A DNA stretch of 63,909 nt, counting the filler, from Octopus bimaculoides (Eukaryota), in assembly GCF_001194135.2 (NCBI RefSeq). It is 6 parts of 5 records of this genome, joined end to end, with 100 filler letters (N's around TTAATTAATTAA, not from the genome) between each part and the next. Parts side by side here need not be neighbours in the genome. Positions count along the whole stretch, not along the records: positions 21,214 to 33,276 come from NC_068989.1; positions 33,377 to 45,699 come from NC_069005.1; 4 more parts are not named here. The stretch is one strand, 5' to 3'. Below the pieces are notes generated by a model. It was not told the DNA's origin. It did no database searches and saw only the letters and a list, made by a program, of their open reading frames with translations. Shown piece by piece: positions 27,092 to 38,904 of the stretch (its first letter is position 1; each line of letters starts with the position of its first letter). A program made the position numbers and the translations under genes.

Positions 27092-28770
27092 GCAACACGC
27101 ACATACACAGACATACGTACGTACACCTCTTGCATACATGTTTTTTGTACGCATATATATGTTCGTGTGTGTGTGTGTGTGTGTTGCCCGTATATCAAAA
27201 AACATTTTTTTCCTCGATAGAAAAAACCCCAATAAACACTTAACAAACACTAACGCGTCCCAGCAAATAGATGTTCTGTAGAACAGCGTGTAAATTTTCC
27301 CCTTGTCTGTGATGTTTAGATAAAAGTCGAGCAAGGGGAAGGAACCATCACTGTTATGGTGTTCACTGGTGAAGCTAATATGATGGTCCATCTTATTGAA
27401 CTTCACTACTACAGTGGTGGCGTCTTTTTGAGATAGGGTGAGCATGAGGATGTCGTCCACGAACCTGGCGTAAAAGGCATATGTGTGGCAGGTGTTGAGT
27501 GCCCTACGTTCCAGCCAGTCTAATTAGGCAATAGTGAGCAGGCCTGATAGGCTGGACTCCATAGGCAGACTTGAACATTATTTTTAGGTGTTGTCCAAGA
27601 AATCGAAATGTGTGTTGACTATAATTTATAGTACGTGGTGGGTGTCGGAGGAGGTAGGTCCGAAGCAGAGTAAGTCCAAGGAGACGACACGGAATATGTC
27701 ACTTCCTTGGACACATTCCATGATCAAGTCGACCGCAGGAAGGGCATGAACCGAGGTGTATAGTGAGATAACGTCTAAACTGAAAGTATACCTGTTGTGT
27801 CTGAGCGTGTCGGATTCGAGACGACACAATTGTTGAATGACTTGGTCTGAGAATAATTTGGTCTGAGATGTTGACATGATCCGGGAATGTCGACAGTATG
27901 GATTTCAGAATTCTGGATAGGAGCCATGAGATTTTGTTGAACGGTCCCTGTATGTTGGAGACTATAAGTCTGATGTGAAGATCAAGTCCTTTCTTATGCG
28001 TCTTAATAAGATGGTAAAATATAGTCATTTTACTGTTACACGTGGTGAAGACACTTTTTGTCCTCGCTAGGAGTTTACGCTGGTTACAAATATTGATCCA
28101 GGTGTTGTTGAGCAGGTTTTCTAGTGTGGTCGCAGTGACCCCAGTGGCTCTGGCATAGATATTGTTGTTAAGGTATTGGAACGGTAAATTGTCATATGTG
28201 TGTTGTGTAATGACACAAAATTCTCTGCCTTTGTTAGAGGGAAGGTAGACTAAGTTCTTCGACCTAAGTTTTTTTAAGGTGGTGATTTATATCTTGGAGG
28301 GGTTGGGTGGGAAATAGTTAACATCGTTTGTTTAGGATTGTTAAGATGAATTGGTTCAGCTTAGAGTTTGTTGTCCAAAATGAGGTTGGTAGGGAGTGGA
28401 TAAGGCATGGTGTGTAGGTGGTAGATGGGAAAAATGTGTGGAAGGGACCGGTCAATGCCGTCAGTGGTAGAGTCAGTCGGGGCCTCGAGGCTGGAGGCCC
28501 ATTTGTGCTTGTAGGCCGCCCAGTGGAAGTTGGTCTTGATGTCAAGCTTCAGCTTGTCATTAAGCCTCTATGTTAGGATGAACAACCCGCAGACCAACAG
28601 GCCCCTGGTTACGGACCTCACAGAATCCCTGAACCAGGATGAGCTCTCGCTTCTCAGCCTATAGCCCAAATTCATCCTAATACAGATGCTCATACAAACT
28701 CAAATGATGATGGCAGTCCGACGATGGCTCAGCTGACCGAATCTTCGAAGTTACTTCCAACAACATTCTT
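25928..28770 (-). mobile_element. Decayed Penelope-like element (RT + GIY-YIG) with nested insertions
   Basis: SNKG (ADKG-like), FYHLIKTHK...IRLIVS, LDVISLYTSV, ARFVDDILML, FTSE...FPLLD, and GIY-YIG CVVYQIRCSKYNSHCIGSST..LHVRVKEH. Multiple stops and frameshifts. Confidence 0.92.
26657..26810 (-). mobile_element. Non-autonomous Helitron-like fragment nested in the PLE
   Basis: Minus strand ends in an imperfect GC hairpin (ccagg/ccggg) followed by CTAG|T. Interrupts the PLE reading frame. Confidence 0.5.
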
Positions 28771-28927
28771 GTATAAAAATAATAATTTTCAATTCAACAA
28801 AAGTATAGAGTACCCCATGAAATTAATGTAAAATTGTTTTAATTATGAATGAACATAAAAAAATGACTATATATACATACATATATATATATACATATGT
28901 ACACACATATATATATATATGTATATA

Positions 28928-28966
<39 letters not shown>

Positions 28967-29754
28967 NNNNNNNNNNNNNNNNNNNNNNNNNNNNNNNNNN
29001 NNNNNNNNNNNNNNNNNNNNNNNNNNNNNNNNNNNNNNNNNNNNNNNNNNNNNNNNNNNNNNNNNNNNNNNNNNNNNNNNNNNNNNNNNNNNNNNNNNNN
29101 NNNNNNNNNNNNNNNNNNNNNNNNNNNNNNNNNNNNNNNNNNNNNNNNNNNNNNNNNNNNNNNNNNNNNNNNNNNNNNNNNNNNNNNNNNNNNNNNNNNN
29201 NNNNNNNNNNNNNNNNNNNNNNNNNNNNNNNNNNNNNNNNNNNNNNNNNNNNNNNNNNNNNNNNNNNNNNNNNNNNNNNNNNNNNNNNNNNNNNNNNNNN
29301 NNNNNNNNNNNNNNNNNNNNNNNNNNNNNNNNNNNNNNNNNNNNNNNNNNNNNNNNNNNNNNNNNNNNNNNNNNNNNNNNNNNNNNNNNNNNNNNNNNNN
29401 NNNNNNNNNNNNNNNNNNNNNNNNNNNNNNNNNNNNNNNNNNNNNNNNNNNNNNNNNNNNNNNNNNNNNNNNNNNNNNNNNNNNNNNNNNNNNNNNNNNN
29501 NNNNNNNNNNNNNNNNNNNNNNNNNNNNNNNNNNNNNNNNNNNNNNNNNNNNNNNNNNNNNNNNNNNNNNNNNNNNNNNNNNNNNNNNNNNNNNNNNNNN
29601 NNNNNNNNNNNNNNNNNNNNNNNNNNNNNNNNNNNNNNNNNNNNNNNNNNNNNNNNNNNNNNNNNNNNNNNNNNNNNNNNNNNNNNNNNNNNNNNNNNNN
29701 NNNNNNNNNNNNNNNNNNNNNNNNNNNNNNNNNNNNNNNNNNNNNNNNNNNNNG

Positions 29755-29975
29755 TGGTGACGGCGTTCGTTTTGTGTCGGGAGATCGCGGTTTCGATTCC
29801 CAGACCGGACGTTGTGAGTGTTTATTGAGCGAAAACACTTAAAAGCTTCACGAGGTTCCTGCAGTGGGGTGGGGTGGCGACCCCTGTTGTACACTTTCGC
29901 CCAACTTTCTCTCACTCTTTCTTCCTGTTTCTTGAGTAACGCTGCGATGGACTAGCGTCCCGTCCAGCTGGGGGG
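29755..29975 (+). mobile_element. tRNA-headed SINE, head truncated by gap
   Basis: B-box-like GGTTTCGATTCCC. Body is homologous to the minus-strand copy at 57180-57397. Confidence 0.8.
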
Positions 29976-30232
29976 GGGGGGAACACAGGCTTTAAAAGGG
30001 CGCATAAAAATATATAGTCATTGTTGTTACATTACTATCTATATTCTGTAATTGTCACAATATACTTTTCTAGGCCTGAAATTATTGTGGGGAAGGGGCC
30101 AGTTGATTATATCGACTCCAGTACACAACTTGTACTTAATTTGAACTCAGAACGTAAAGACAGACGGTCATAATGTGCAACATTTCTCATGGTGCCAGTA
30201 CATTTTACAGATGCTTACATTTTTTATGTTTT

Positions 30233-30258
30233 CGTGAATTTTTCGCGGGTCCAACTAG
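30233..30258 (+). mobile_element. Helitron-like 3' terminus
   Basis: Hairpin cgtgaa-ttt-ttcgcg, then 7 nt, then CTAG|T. Confidence 0.4.
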
Positions 30259-31229
30259 TATATATTAATAGTTATATACATATATATTTACATGTATGTA
30301 TATATACATATCTATGTGTTTGCATATAAAATAGACAGTATGCAAATAACAAAACACAAAATATATTTATTTTGAAACAAATTCCGAACAAAATCATACG
30401 ATGACACTAATGGTAAAAAAATTCAAGAAGATACTGCAGCATCGGACCCGAAAATATGAATCACAATGAGATTATTATGTCTTTTTATTCTTTTATGATC
30501 ATAATATTATAGCACTTGCAAGGCCCATCAGAATAGATCTCATTGCAATCGATTTAAATTTTGTAGAAAATTTCCATATACGGGAATTTTTCGAACCGAA
30601 TCATCTATCATTTGTGAAATGTAAAGTGAGATTTCGAACTCCAACCAACAGAACTACTTTCTAAGAGCTATACATAATGTGTTTGAAAGGGTCAGTTAAC
30701 ACAATTATTCCAGTATAAAATCAAACAATGCAAAGTATATCAAAAAGGATTGCAATGTCTGAAGAAAAATTCCTTTATAATAATTAATAATGTTTACAAA
30801 AGAGCCGTTATAATGATGGACAAGACCAAACATGTTTTAGAACAATTAAATTATCGATTTTTTAAATAAAATAAGCTAGAAACTATACTGATAAATAAAT
30901 TTACGGTCAAATTAAAAAATAATTGAAAAGAAAATGTTTTAGAGTATCAAAACGAATTCGAGGTAAAAAGAAGCATCTTTTATAAAATATCCTCAATTCC
31001 TAAAAATATAGTATCCATAAGAAATTGATGACCTTCATACATAATATGCAATAATACTCAAAGTATCTGGCTTACATTTATTCCAAATTGTTGCGCAACC
31101 AACATAAGGCGCCAATATATTGAAACCACTTTGCAAATTTGCTCCTGTTATGACGGACTTTTAAGACACATTCAAGAAGAATAAATACAGAGACTGTCCT
31201 AGTTAGTTCTGATGTAACCAGCCACGACA

Positions 31230-32130
31230 TAAATATTCCTTATGAATTAGGATTCGAAGCGGCGAAGTTCGGGATAGACAAACATTCACACATAATCAAG
31301 GAGAGATTCTGATAAAAGATCTCACTAGAAGTATTACAATCGATGGTAGAAAATAAGAGGAATATAAAGAAAATTGGAATAGAATGCCCAGTAGAACTGT
31401 TACAAAAGGTTTTCCTCCTTGGAACGGCCAGAATAACCAGGAAAGTATTAGATAGCAAAACAGTACGGATAGTAAGGTACTGTAGGCTGAAGGTAGTAAA
31501 ACCATTACGCATGCAAGATTCCAGGAGCTCCAACAAACTTGTGATAAAGAGCTAGGATGCACTACCAGGCAGTGGCTATGCCCGGATGTAGTACCAGGCA
31601 GTGGCTCTCATGGCTTCTGATCTTAATTGGTTGGAAGTATTATCATTTTCATTATTTTGTCTTGGTATAAAAGATGGGCTACAGCAAATATTCTGCTTAA
31701 TACCACAGATTTGCTTGTCAGTTGTTTGACCTTATCCAGTTGAGCATGTCCCTTGGTGGCTGACGATATGTGCATCTCTGATCATGAGCAGAAGTAGTAG
31801 GGGAGCATCATAGCCACGTGTTGAGAGGAATTTTCTGGGGTTTGAATAATTCACCTTTGGAAACATGGGTGTTTTGCTCAACATCCTTAAACAAACCTCA
31901 TTCAGGGACCTTTTGAGTGGGATGGGCTACTCAACCTGAAGAAAATTCTAATTGGGCCCCCACCTGCAAGGTCATGCACTGTTTATTTTGATATAAGATC
32001 ACCATGTCGCGCACATGTGGTTGTGATGCATGTGCCTGGTATACCCTTATCAGATGGGCAGTCATGATGGGTATAATGGGCTTCGTATATTTTACCCCAG
32101 TGTCACTTTCATGGCATGCACTGCTCACTC

Positions 32131-32135
<5 letters not shown>
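31230..32135 (+). mobile_element. R4/Dong-type LINE 3' ORF end with long 3' region and (TAA)n tail
   Basis: KKIGIECPVELLQKVFLLGTARITRKVLD matches the RLE C-terminal motif. About 570 bp downstream segment ends in (TAA)n at 32131. Confidence 0.75.
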
Positions 32136-32169
<34 letters not shown>

Positions 32170-32171
<2 letters not shown>

Positions 32172-32395
32172 CCTTTCTAATATAGGCACAAGGCCTGAAA
32201 TTTGGTGGAAGAGGGTATGTCAATTACATTGTCCCCAGTGTTCAACTGGTGCTTATTTTATCGAACCCGAAAAATGAAAGGCGAAGTCGACCTCGGTGGG
32301 ATTTGAACTCAAAACGTGAAGGCGGACGAAATGCCATTAAGCATTTTGCGCGGAGTGCTAGCAATTCTGCCAGCATATCACGCAATACCAAGCAA
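32170..32395 (-). mobile_element. OK-type SINE
   Basis: Reverse complement of the 58566 copy (aaaggcgaagtcgacctcggtgggatttgaactc). Confidence 0.8.
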
Positions 32396-32399
32396 CGAC

Positions 32400-32925
32400 T
32401 CTTATGGCGTCTGATCTTAGCTGATTGGAAGAGCTAGTATTTACATATTTTGTCTTGGTGGACTACAGCAAATATTCTGCTCAATATCACAGATTTGCTT
32501 CTTAATTGCTTGACGTTAAATGTTGAACATGTCTCTTAGGGGCTGACAATATGTGCATCTCCAATCACGAGCAGGAGTTGTGGAGGATCATCATAGCTAT
32601 GTGTTGAGATGAATTTATTGGACTTTGAATAATTTACTGGCTCCGCTGAAACATCAGTGTTTTGTTCATCATCTTTAAATAAACTTTATTCAGGTACATT
32701 TTGAGAGGAACGGGCTACTTGAGCTAAGGAAAGTTGTAACTGGGCTCCACTTGTAAGATTATGTGCTGTCTATATTGTTACAAAAGTCGCGCACATTTCG
32801 TTGTGAAACTTGTGCTTGGTGTACCCTTATCAGAGGGGCAGTCGTGATTGGTCTATTGGCCTTCGTATATTTCTACATCAGCATCACTTTAATGGTGTGT
32901 GCTACTTTATCACTCAATAACAGTA
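32400..32925 (+). mobile_element. Diverged second copy of the 31600-32130 segment
   Basis: Colinear similarity (ctacagcaaatattctgct, atatgtgcatct, cccttatcaga, cttcgtatattt). Ends in a degenerate (TAA)n. Confidence 0.75.
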
Positions 32926-32944
32926 ATAATGATAATAACTAACA

Positions 32945-33085
32945 CCAACGCAAAACACTTTCAATACAGTAACCATAAGAGCATCACAGCAAACCACAGC
33001 ACGTACCCAAGGCACACAGAGCTGCGCTCGGTAGTGAAGTGAAAGCACGTTATAAAAATAAAACTACTGAACAATAATAATAATA
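32945..33085 (+). mobile_element. Severely 5'-truncated R4/Dong 3' end
   Basis: Nearly identical to 62935-63070. Ends in (TAA)n. Confidence 0.85.
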
Positions 33086-33124
33086 ATAATTATTATTATT
33101 ATACTACTACTACTACTGCTACTG

Positions 33125-33160
<36 letters not shown>

Positions 33161-33172
33161 TTACTACTACTC

Positions 33173-33268
<96 letters not shown>

Positions 33269-33629
33269 ATAATAATNNNNNNNNNNNNNNNNNNNNNNNN
33301 NNNNNNNNNNNNNNNNNNNNTTAATTAATTAANNNNNNNNNNNNNNNNNNNNNNNNNNNNNNNNNNNNNNNNNNNNATATATATATATATATATATATAC
33401 ATACACACACAATCGTGGTTGTGTGGTTAAGAAGTTTGTTTCCCAGCCAAATAGTTTTTGAGTTCAATCTCACTGCCCTGCACTCCTCTGGTCTATAAAA
33501 GCTTTGTGAGTGCGTTTAGTAGATGGAAACCAAAAACAGATCACTGAACATAGACTCGTGCACAAACACATTCACACATACATACACACACACATACACA
33601 CATGCAGGCATGTGTGTATGTTGAGTGAG

Positions 33630-34575
33630 ACGGTGTGTGGCTTAGTGACTAGGTTACTCACTGCACAGTTGTGAGTTAAATTCCCAGCAATGCATTGTGT
33701 CCTTGAGTAAGACGTTTTATTTCACATTGGTCTAGTCCTCTCGGCTGTTCCTGTAATACAAAGGTACGTCATATCTGTAATTCAAAAATGCGTTGCACCT
33801 GTAATTCAAAGGACAAAAGTGAGCCGTACTTGTATTTCAAAAGAGAGTGGTACTTGTAATTCAAAAGTGAATCTTACCTGTAATTCAAAAGTGAGTCTTA
33901 CCTGGAATTCAAAGGCCAAAAACACATTCTGTGACATGTTGAATCTCCCAGAGAACTATGTTAAGGTTACACGTCTATGGAGTACTCAGCTCCTTGTACA
34001 TTGATTTCATGAGCACGCTGTTCTGTTGATTGAACAGAGTGCCACGTTTTGACTATGTTAATTGTGAAGTAAATTTCCTTTTTGAGAAATGTCAATTCAT
34101 AAGTCTGGTTTCCTGGTTTCATGGCATATATATTCCTCACCTGGATGGGAAGCTGTTCCATCACAGGTGTATTCATATTTGCCAGCTGCATGTGGACTGG
34201 AGCAACACGAAATGAAGTGTTTTGCTCAAGAACACAACACATTGCCTAGTCCAGGAATCGAAACCACAATCTTACATTCATGATTCTAACACCCTAACCG
34301 CTAAGCCAAGTGTATCCACTTTTGTTAAATGTGTACATATTTGTGTCTCCTTGTCTTGGTAGATGATAATTGTGAATGAGTGTCACTGTTATACAAGCAT
34401 CGTCATTCATTTCCAATATTCTGTGAAGACCTGCTTGGCCATGGAGAAATATTACCTTGCTTGGAAACAGATAGAGGTTAATGACAGGAAGAGCATCCAG
34501 CTGTAGAAAATCTGCCTCAATATATTCTGTCCAACCCATGCTACAATGGAAAATTGTACATTAAAACGATTATGA
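33630..34575. mobile_element. Composite of decayed SINEs in both orientations
   Basis: Segments match SINE parts at 44830-45135, 57010-57397 and 60160-60380. RTE-like tail gcatccagctgtagaaa...ccaacccatgct at about 34490-34570. Confidence 0.7.
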
Positions 34576-34905
34576 TAATTGGTTTGAGTAAAGCATTATG
34601 AGTGAAATACGAGTGATACAATGTATATAGAAGGTTGCTTGGTGAATAGTACCTGTACTTCTGAAGCTGCAGCCATGTCACACAATGTATCATATGGATT
34701 CTACCTGAAAGGTACACATGCTTGTGACATGATTACCAATTAAGAGCTTAATTAATGAGCAGGCTCTTCTCTTGATTGAAGAAGCAAATCTGTGTTGTTG
34801 AACAGCAGAGATCTTCCACCATATAAATATGCATGCCTGTATGTGTGTGTGCGTGTATATATATGTATATGTGTGTGTGTATGTATATGATATGTGCATG
34901 CATGC

Positions 34906-34947
<42 letters not shown>

Positions 34948-34957
34948 NNNNNNNNNN

Positions 34958-34990
<33 letters not shown>

Positions 34991-35911
34991 GTAGGTATAT
35001 GCATACATATGTATATATGTACACACACATGTATTTGAAATAAATGAATTTAAATATATGTTTAATGTATATGTAGATATGTACCAATAATTACATATGT
35101 GTGTGTACATTTATATATACATACTTATACACACAAATGCAAACATGTACATATGTTTTTTATATTTACATATGTAACCCACTGTACTGGAAACAGATTG
35201 GACAATGATATTCAAACACTCACACACACATATAAGATGGTGTACTTTTGTACATAAATAGAATTTAATTGGACAACTGATAAATCAAGAGACACTGTTA
35301 ATTATTTCTCTTAATACTGTTTTCATATGTATTTTACTGTGTTTGAACCCCTTTTTATATTTTGTTTTTAGATCTGTTATTTTTTTGTTTTTGTTCTATG
35401 TTATTTCTTATATCTTATATGTTTCTCTTTATACGCTGTTTTTTATGTGTTGCTGTTGTATGCATACTCGTTCTGTCTATGTTTCCATGTATGCTGTTAG
35501 CTTTTTTCTTTGTTTGTTTTTTGTTTGTTTGTTTTCGCTGTATCTTTTTATAAGTCTGATGATCAAGCTTCATCTCCATGTTGTTCTAGAAAGCCATAGC
35601 TATGACTGAAGCAGTGCTGTAATATTTAGTGATTGATTTCTCTCCGCTCTCTTTCTGTCTATTTACACCATTCTAGCTCCCCACCACCACACACACATAT
35701 ATATCTATAGAGAGAGATATATATAGATAGGGATAATTATATATGCACACACACACACATACACACATAGATATGGTTAGGCATCGCAAGATTAATGTCC
35801 TAGTGTAGAACTCAATATACATATGCTTCAGAATGGAGTGTTAGATGCGTATAGAGGGGTAATAAGAAAATGAGATGACAAAGGAATAAGCGATTATCTT
35901 ATCAACTTCAT

Positions 35912-35994
35912 TAGCTTACAGTTGTTTCTGCTATAAGTTGTAGTGGACTCATAGTCAAATGCCTGAGTCATACCTTATAACATCATCAGAGCTA
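35912..35994 (-). ncRNA. Type I hammerhead ribozyme motif with canonical core and long stem II
   Basis: TAGCT CTGATGA TGTTATAAG...GACTCA...TGAGTC...CTTATAGCA GAA ACA AC TGT A AGCTA: stem I 5 bp, stem II 9 bp plus 6 bp, GUA triplet. Confidence 0.8.
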
Positions 35995-36289
35995 TTAGAT
36001 AGATAGATCGATAGATAGATGGGTAGATAGATAGATTAGATAGATAGATAGATTAGATAGATAGATAAGATACATTTCTTTTATTAGCCACACAGGGCTC
36101 AGCACAGTTGGGACAAATACAACGTAGAGCTTTTCTTTTTGGAGCAGGAAGGAGAGAAAAAAAAAGATAGATTAGATAGATAGATAGATAGACTGGTTGA
36201 TAGGCAGATAGACAGACAGACAAATAGACAAGTAGATAGATAGCTAGACTGGTCAATAGATAGACAAACTGATAGATATATGAGAAGAG

Positions 36290-36770
36290 ACAGGAAGAAA
36301 CGATGGAGAGAGTATGGTATATTAGGCGATGACTACTGACCGAGACCTTTGGAAATGTGCTGTGCGTGAGAAGACCCGGCAAGCCAAATAAGATCGTTGC
36401 CAGTGCCCCTGGACTGGCTCTTGTGCGGGTGGCACATGAGATGCACCATTTTGAGCGTGGCCGTTGCCAGTACCGCCTGACTGGCTCCCGTAGGATTTTC
36501 GAGTGAGATCGTTGCCAGTGCCCCTGGACTGGCTTGTGCGGGTGGCACATAAAAGACACCATTTCGAGCGTGGCCGTTTTCGTGCGGGTGACACTTAAAA
36601 GCACCCACTACACTCTCTGAGTGGTTGGCATTAGGAAGGGCATCCAGCTGTAGAAACTCTGCCAAATTAGATTGGAGCCTGGTGTTGCCATCCGGTTTCA
36701 CCAGTCCTCAGTCAAATCGTCCAACCCATGCTAGCATGGAAAGCGGACGTTAAACGATGATGATGATGAT
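36290..36770 (+). mobile_element. RTE LINE 3' end with internally repeated 3' UTR and (GAT)n tail
   Basis: ORF end ...DRDLWKCAVREKTRQAK*, duplicated gttgccagtgcccctggactggct blocks, and tail ...gcggacgttaaacgatgatgat. Confidence 0.85.
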
Positions 36771-37384
36771 ATTTATGAGTGGCTTAAAGAGAGATGAAGT
36801 ACCTGTATATGAAAGAGTAAGAGAGAGAGAGAGAGAGAGAGAGTGTGTGTGTGTAAGTGTTTGTGTAGAGTGCAGGTTATTAGAGAATAAGAAGCAGTGA
36901 TGTAGATAGAGAGAAAGATACTGAAGGAGGGGGAGAGAAAGAGAAAGTAGGTTAATTACAATGGTATAGAGAGATACAGAGAGGGGAAATAGGGTGAAGG
37001 TGGGAGCAGAATAGATGCATGTAAGAAACCACATGAGAGAGTGTGTGTGAAAGAATATTAGCAGTTCAGAGAGGGAGAGGGGGGGGAGAGAATGGGTTAT
37101 AATAAAGGGATATAAAGAGATAGATAAAGAGAAAGAGAGAGAGAAAAGGAGAGAGAGAAGGAGAAGGAGAGTGTCAAGACAAGGGAATAAAGAAAGACAT
37201 AGAGGTAGATAGACAGATAGTATGTGTGCTCTGTGTGTATGTGTGGTGTGTGTATGTATGTGTGTGTGGTGTGTGTATGTATGTGAGTGTGTGTAAGAGA
37301 TGGGAAATGAGTCTGTGAGACATTATTAAGTTTTAAAAAAGAAACTAAACAAAATTTAAAAAAAGCAACAAGATAACACATGAT

Positions 37385-37424
<40 letters not shown>

Positions 37425-38100
37425 NNNNNNNNNNNNNNNNNNNNNNNNNNNNNNNNNNNNNNNNNNNNNNNNNNNNNNNNNNNNNNNNNNNNNNNNNNNN
37501 NNNNNNNNNNNNNNNNNNNNNNNNNNNNNNNNNNNNNNNNNNNNNNNNNNNNNNNNNNNNNNNNNNNNNNNNNNNNNNNNNNNNNNNNNNNNNNNNNNNN
37601 NNNNNNNNNNNNNNNNNNNNNNNNNNNNNNNNNNNNNNNNNNNNNNNNNNNNNNNNNNNNNNNNNNNNNNNNNNNNNNNNNNNNNNNNNNNNNNNNNNNN
37701 NNNNNNNNNNNNNNNNNNNNNNNNNNNNNNNNNNNNNNNNNNNNNNNNNNNNNNNNNNNNNNNNNNNNNNNNNNNNNNNNNNNNNNNNNNNNNNNNNNNN
37801 NNNNNNNNNNNNNNNNNNNNNNNNNNNNNNNNNNNNNNNNNNNNNNNNNNNNNNNNNNNNNNNNNNNNNNNNNNNNNNNNNNNNNNNNNNNNNNNNNNNN
37901 NNNNNNNNNNNNNNNNNNNNNNNNNNNNNNNNNNNNNNNNNNNNNNNNNNNNNNNNNNNNNNNNNNNNNNNNNNNNNNNNNNNNNNNNNNNNNNNNNNNN
38001 NNNNNNNNNNNNNNNNNNNNNNNNNNNNNNNNNNNNNNNNNNNNNNNNNNNNNNNNNNNNNNNNNNNNNNNNNNNNNNNNNNNNNNNNNNNNNNNNNNNN

Positions 38101-38630
38101 NCTGTCATATGTGTAATTAGTGTAATGTATGTAACTACTTTACTGTCATGTGTGTTATTACTGAAATGTGTGTCATTAATGTACTGCATATTGTGTTGTA
38201 TATCATTACTTTTACGTGCATCATTTCAGTACTGTGCATCAATGATGTGCTGTCTATTGTTAATGTACTGTATATCACTACTGTGTTGTAATCTGTTATT
38301 ACAGTGCTATGTGTCATTACCACAATATCCATCATTACTGTAATATGTGTCATTGGGAAAATGTATGTAATTACTGTCCTGTGTGTCATTACCATATTAT
38401 CTGTCATTACAGTAATGTGTCTCATTATTCTGTCATCTCTGTAGTGTGTGTCATTATTGGTAAGTGTGTCCTTACTGAAACTCATTACTGTATTGTGTGT
38501 TATCAATACACCATGTGGTGTCATTACTCTACTTTGTGCTATTTCTATAATTGCATGTGTATCATTAATATATTGTCATTACTTTACTGCGAGTCATTTT
38601 TGTCCTGTGTGTCGTTACTGTACTGAGTCC
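38101..38630. repeat. Diffuse degenerate satellite built on a TGTGTGTCATTACT-like motif
   Basis: Many imperfect copies of gtgtcatta/tattact with variable spacing. Confidence 0.75.
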
Positions 38631-38904
38631 TACACTACAAACGAACCTCTGCACAATCATTTGATTAGCTAAAAATACCAACCAATATTCTTTCGAATCA
38701 CACAACACCATCCCACAATGGAAGTACTCATTGCGCTATGAAGTTCACGATACATAAGATGCAATGGTCACAAATGGAATGCCTTTGATCATGTTATTAC
38801 TTTAATACATACTACTTTATTACTGCCTTTCGTTATTATCCTTCTCTGTGTTATTACTGCCGTGTGTCACAACCATACACTGCACTATTATGCCGTGTTT
38901 CATT

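Noticed and set aside
28700-28745. Plus-strand HHR-like ATGATGA TGGCAG...CTGACC GAAT
   Set aside because: C3 and GAAAC are both missing, and the region is better explained as minus-strand PLE 5' sequence.
36695-36711. CTGAGGA CTGGT GAAAC on the minus strand of the RTE tail (also 55873-55889)
   Set aside because: No stem II pairing, no NUH triplet and no stem I. Likely coincidence.
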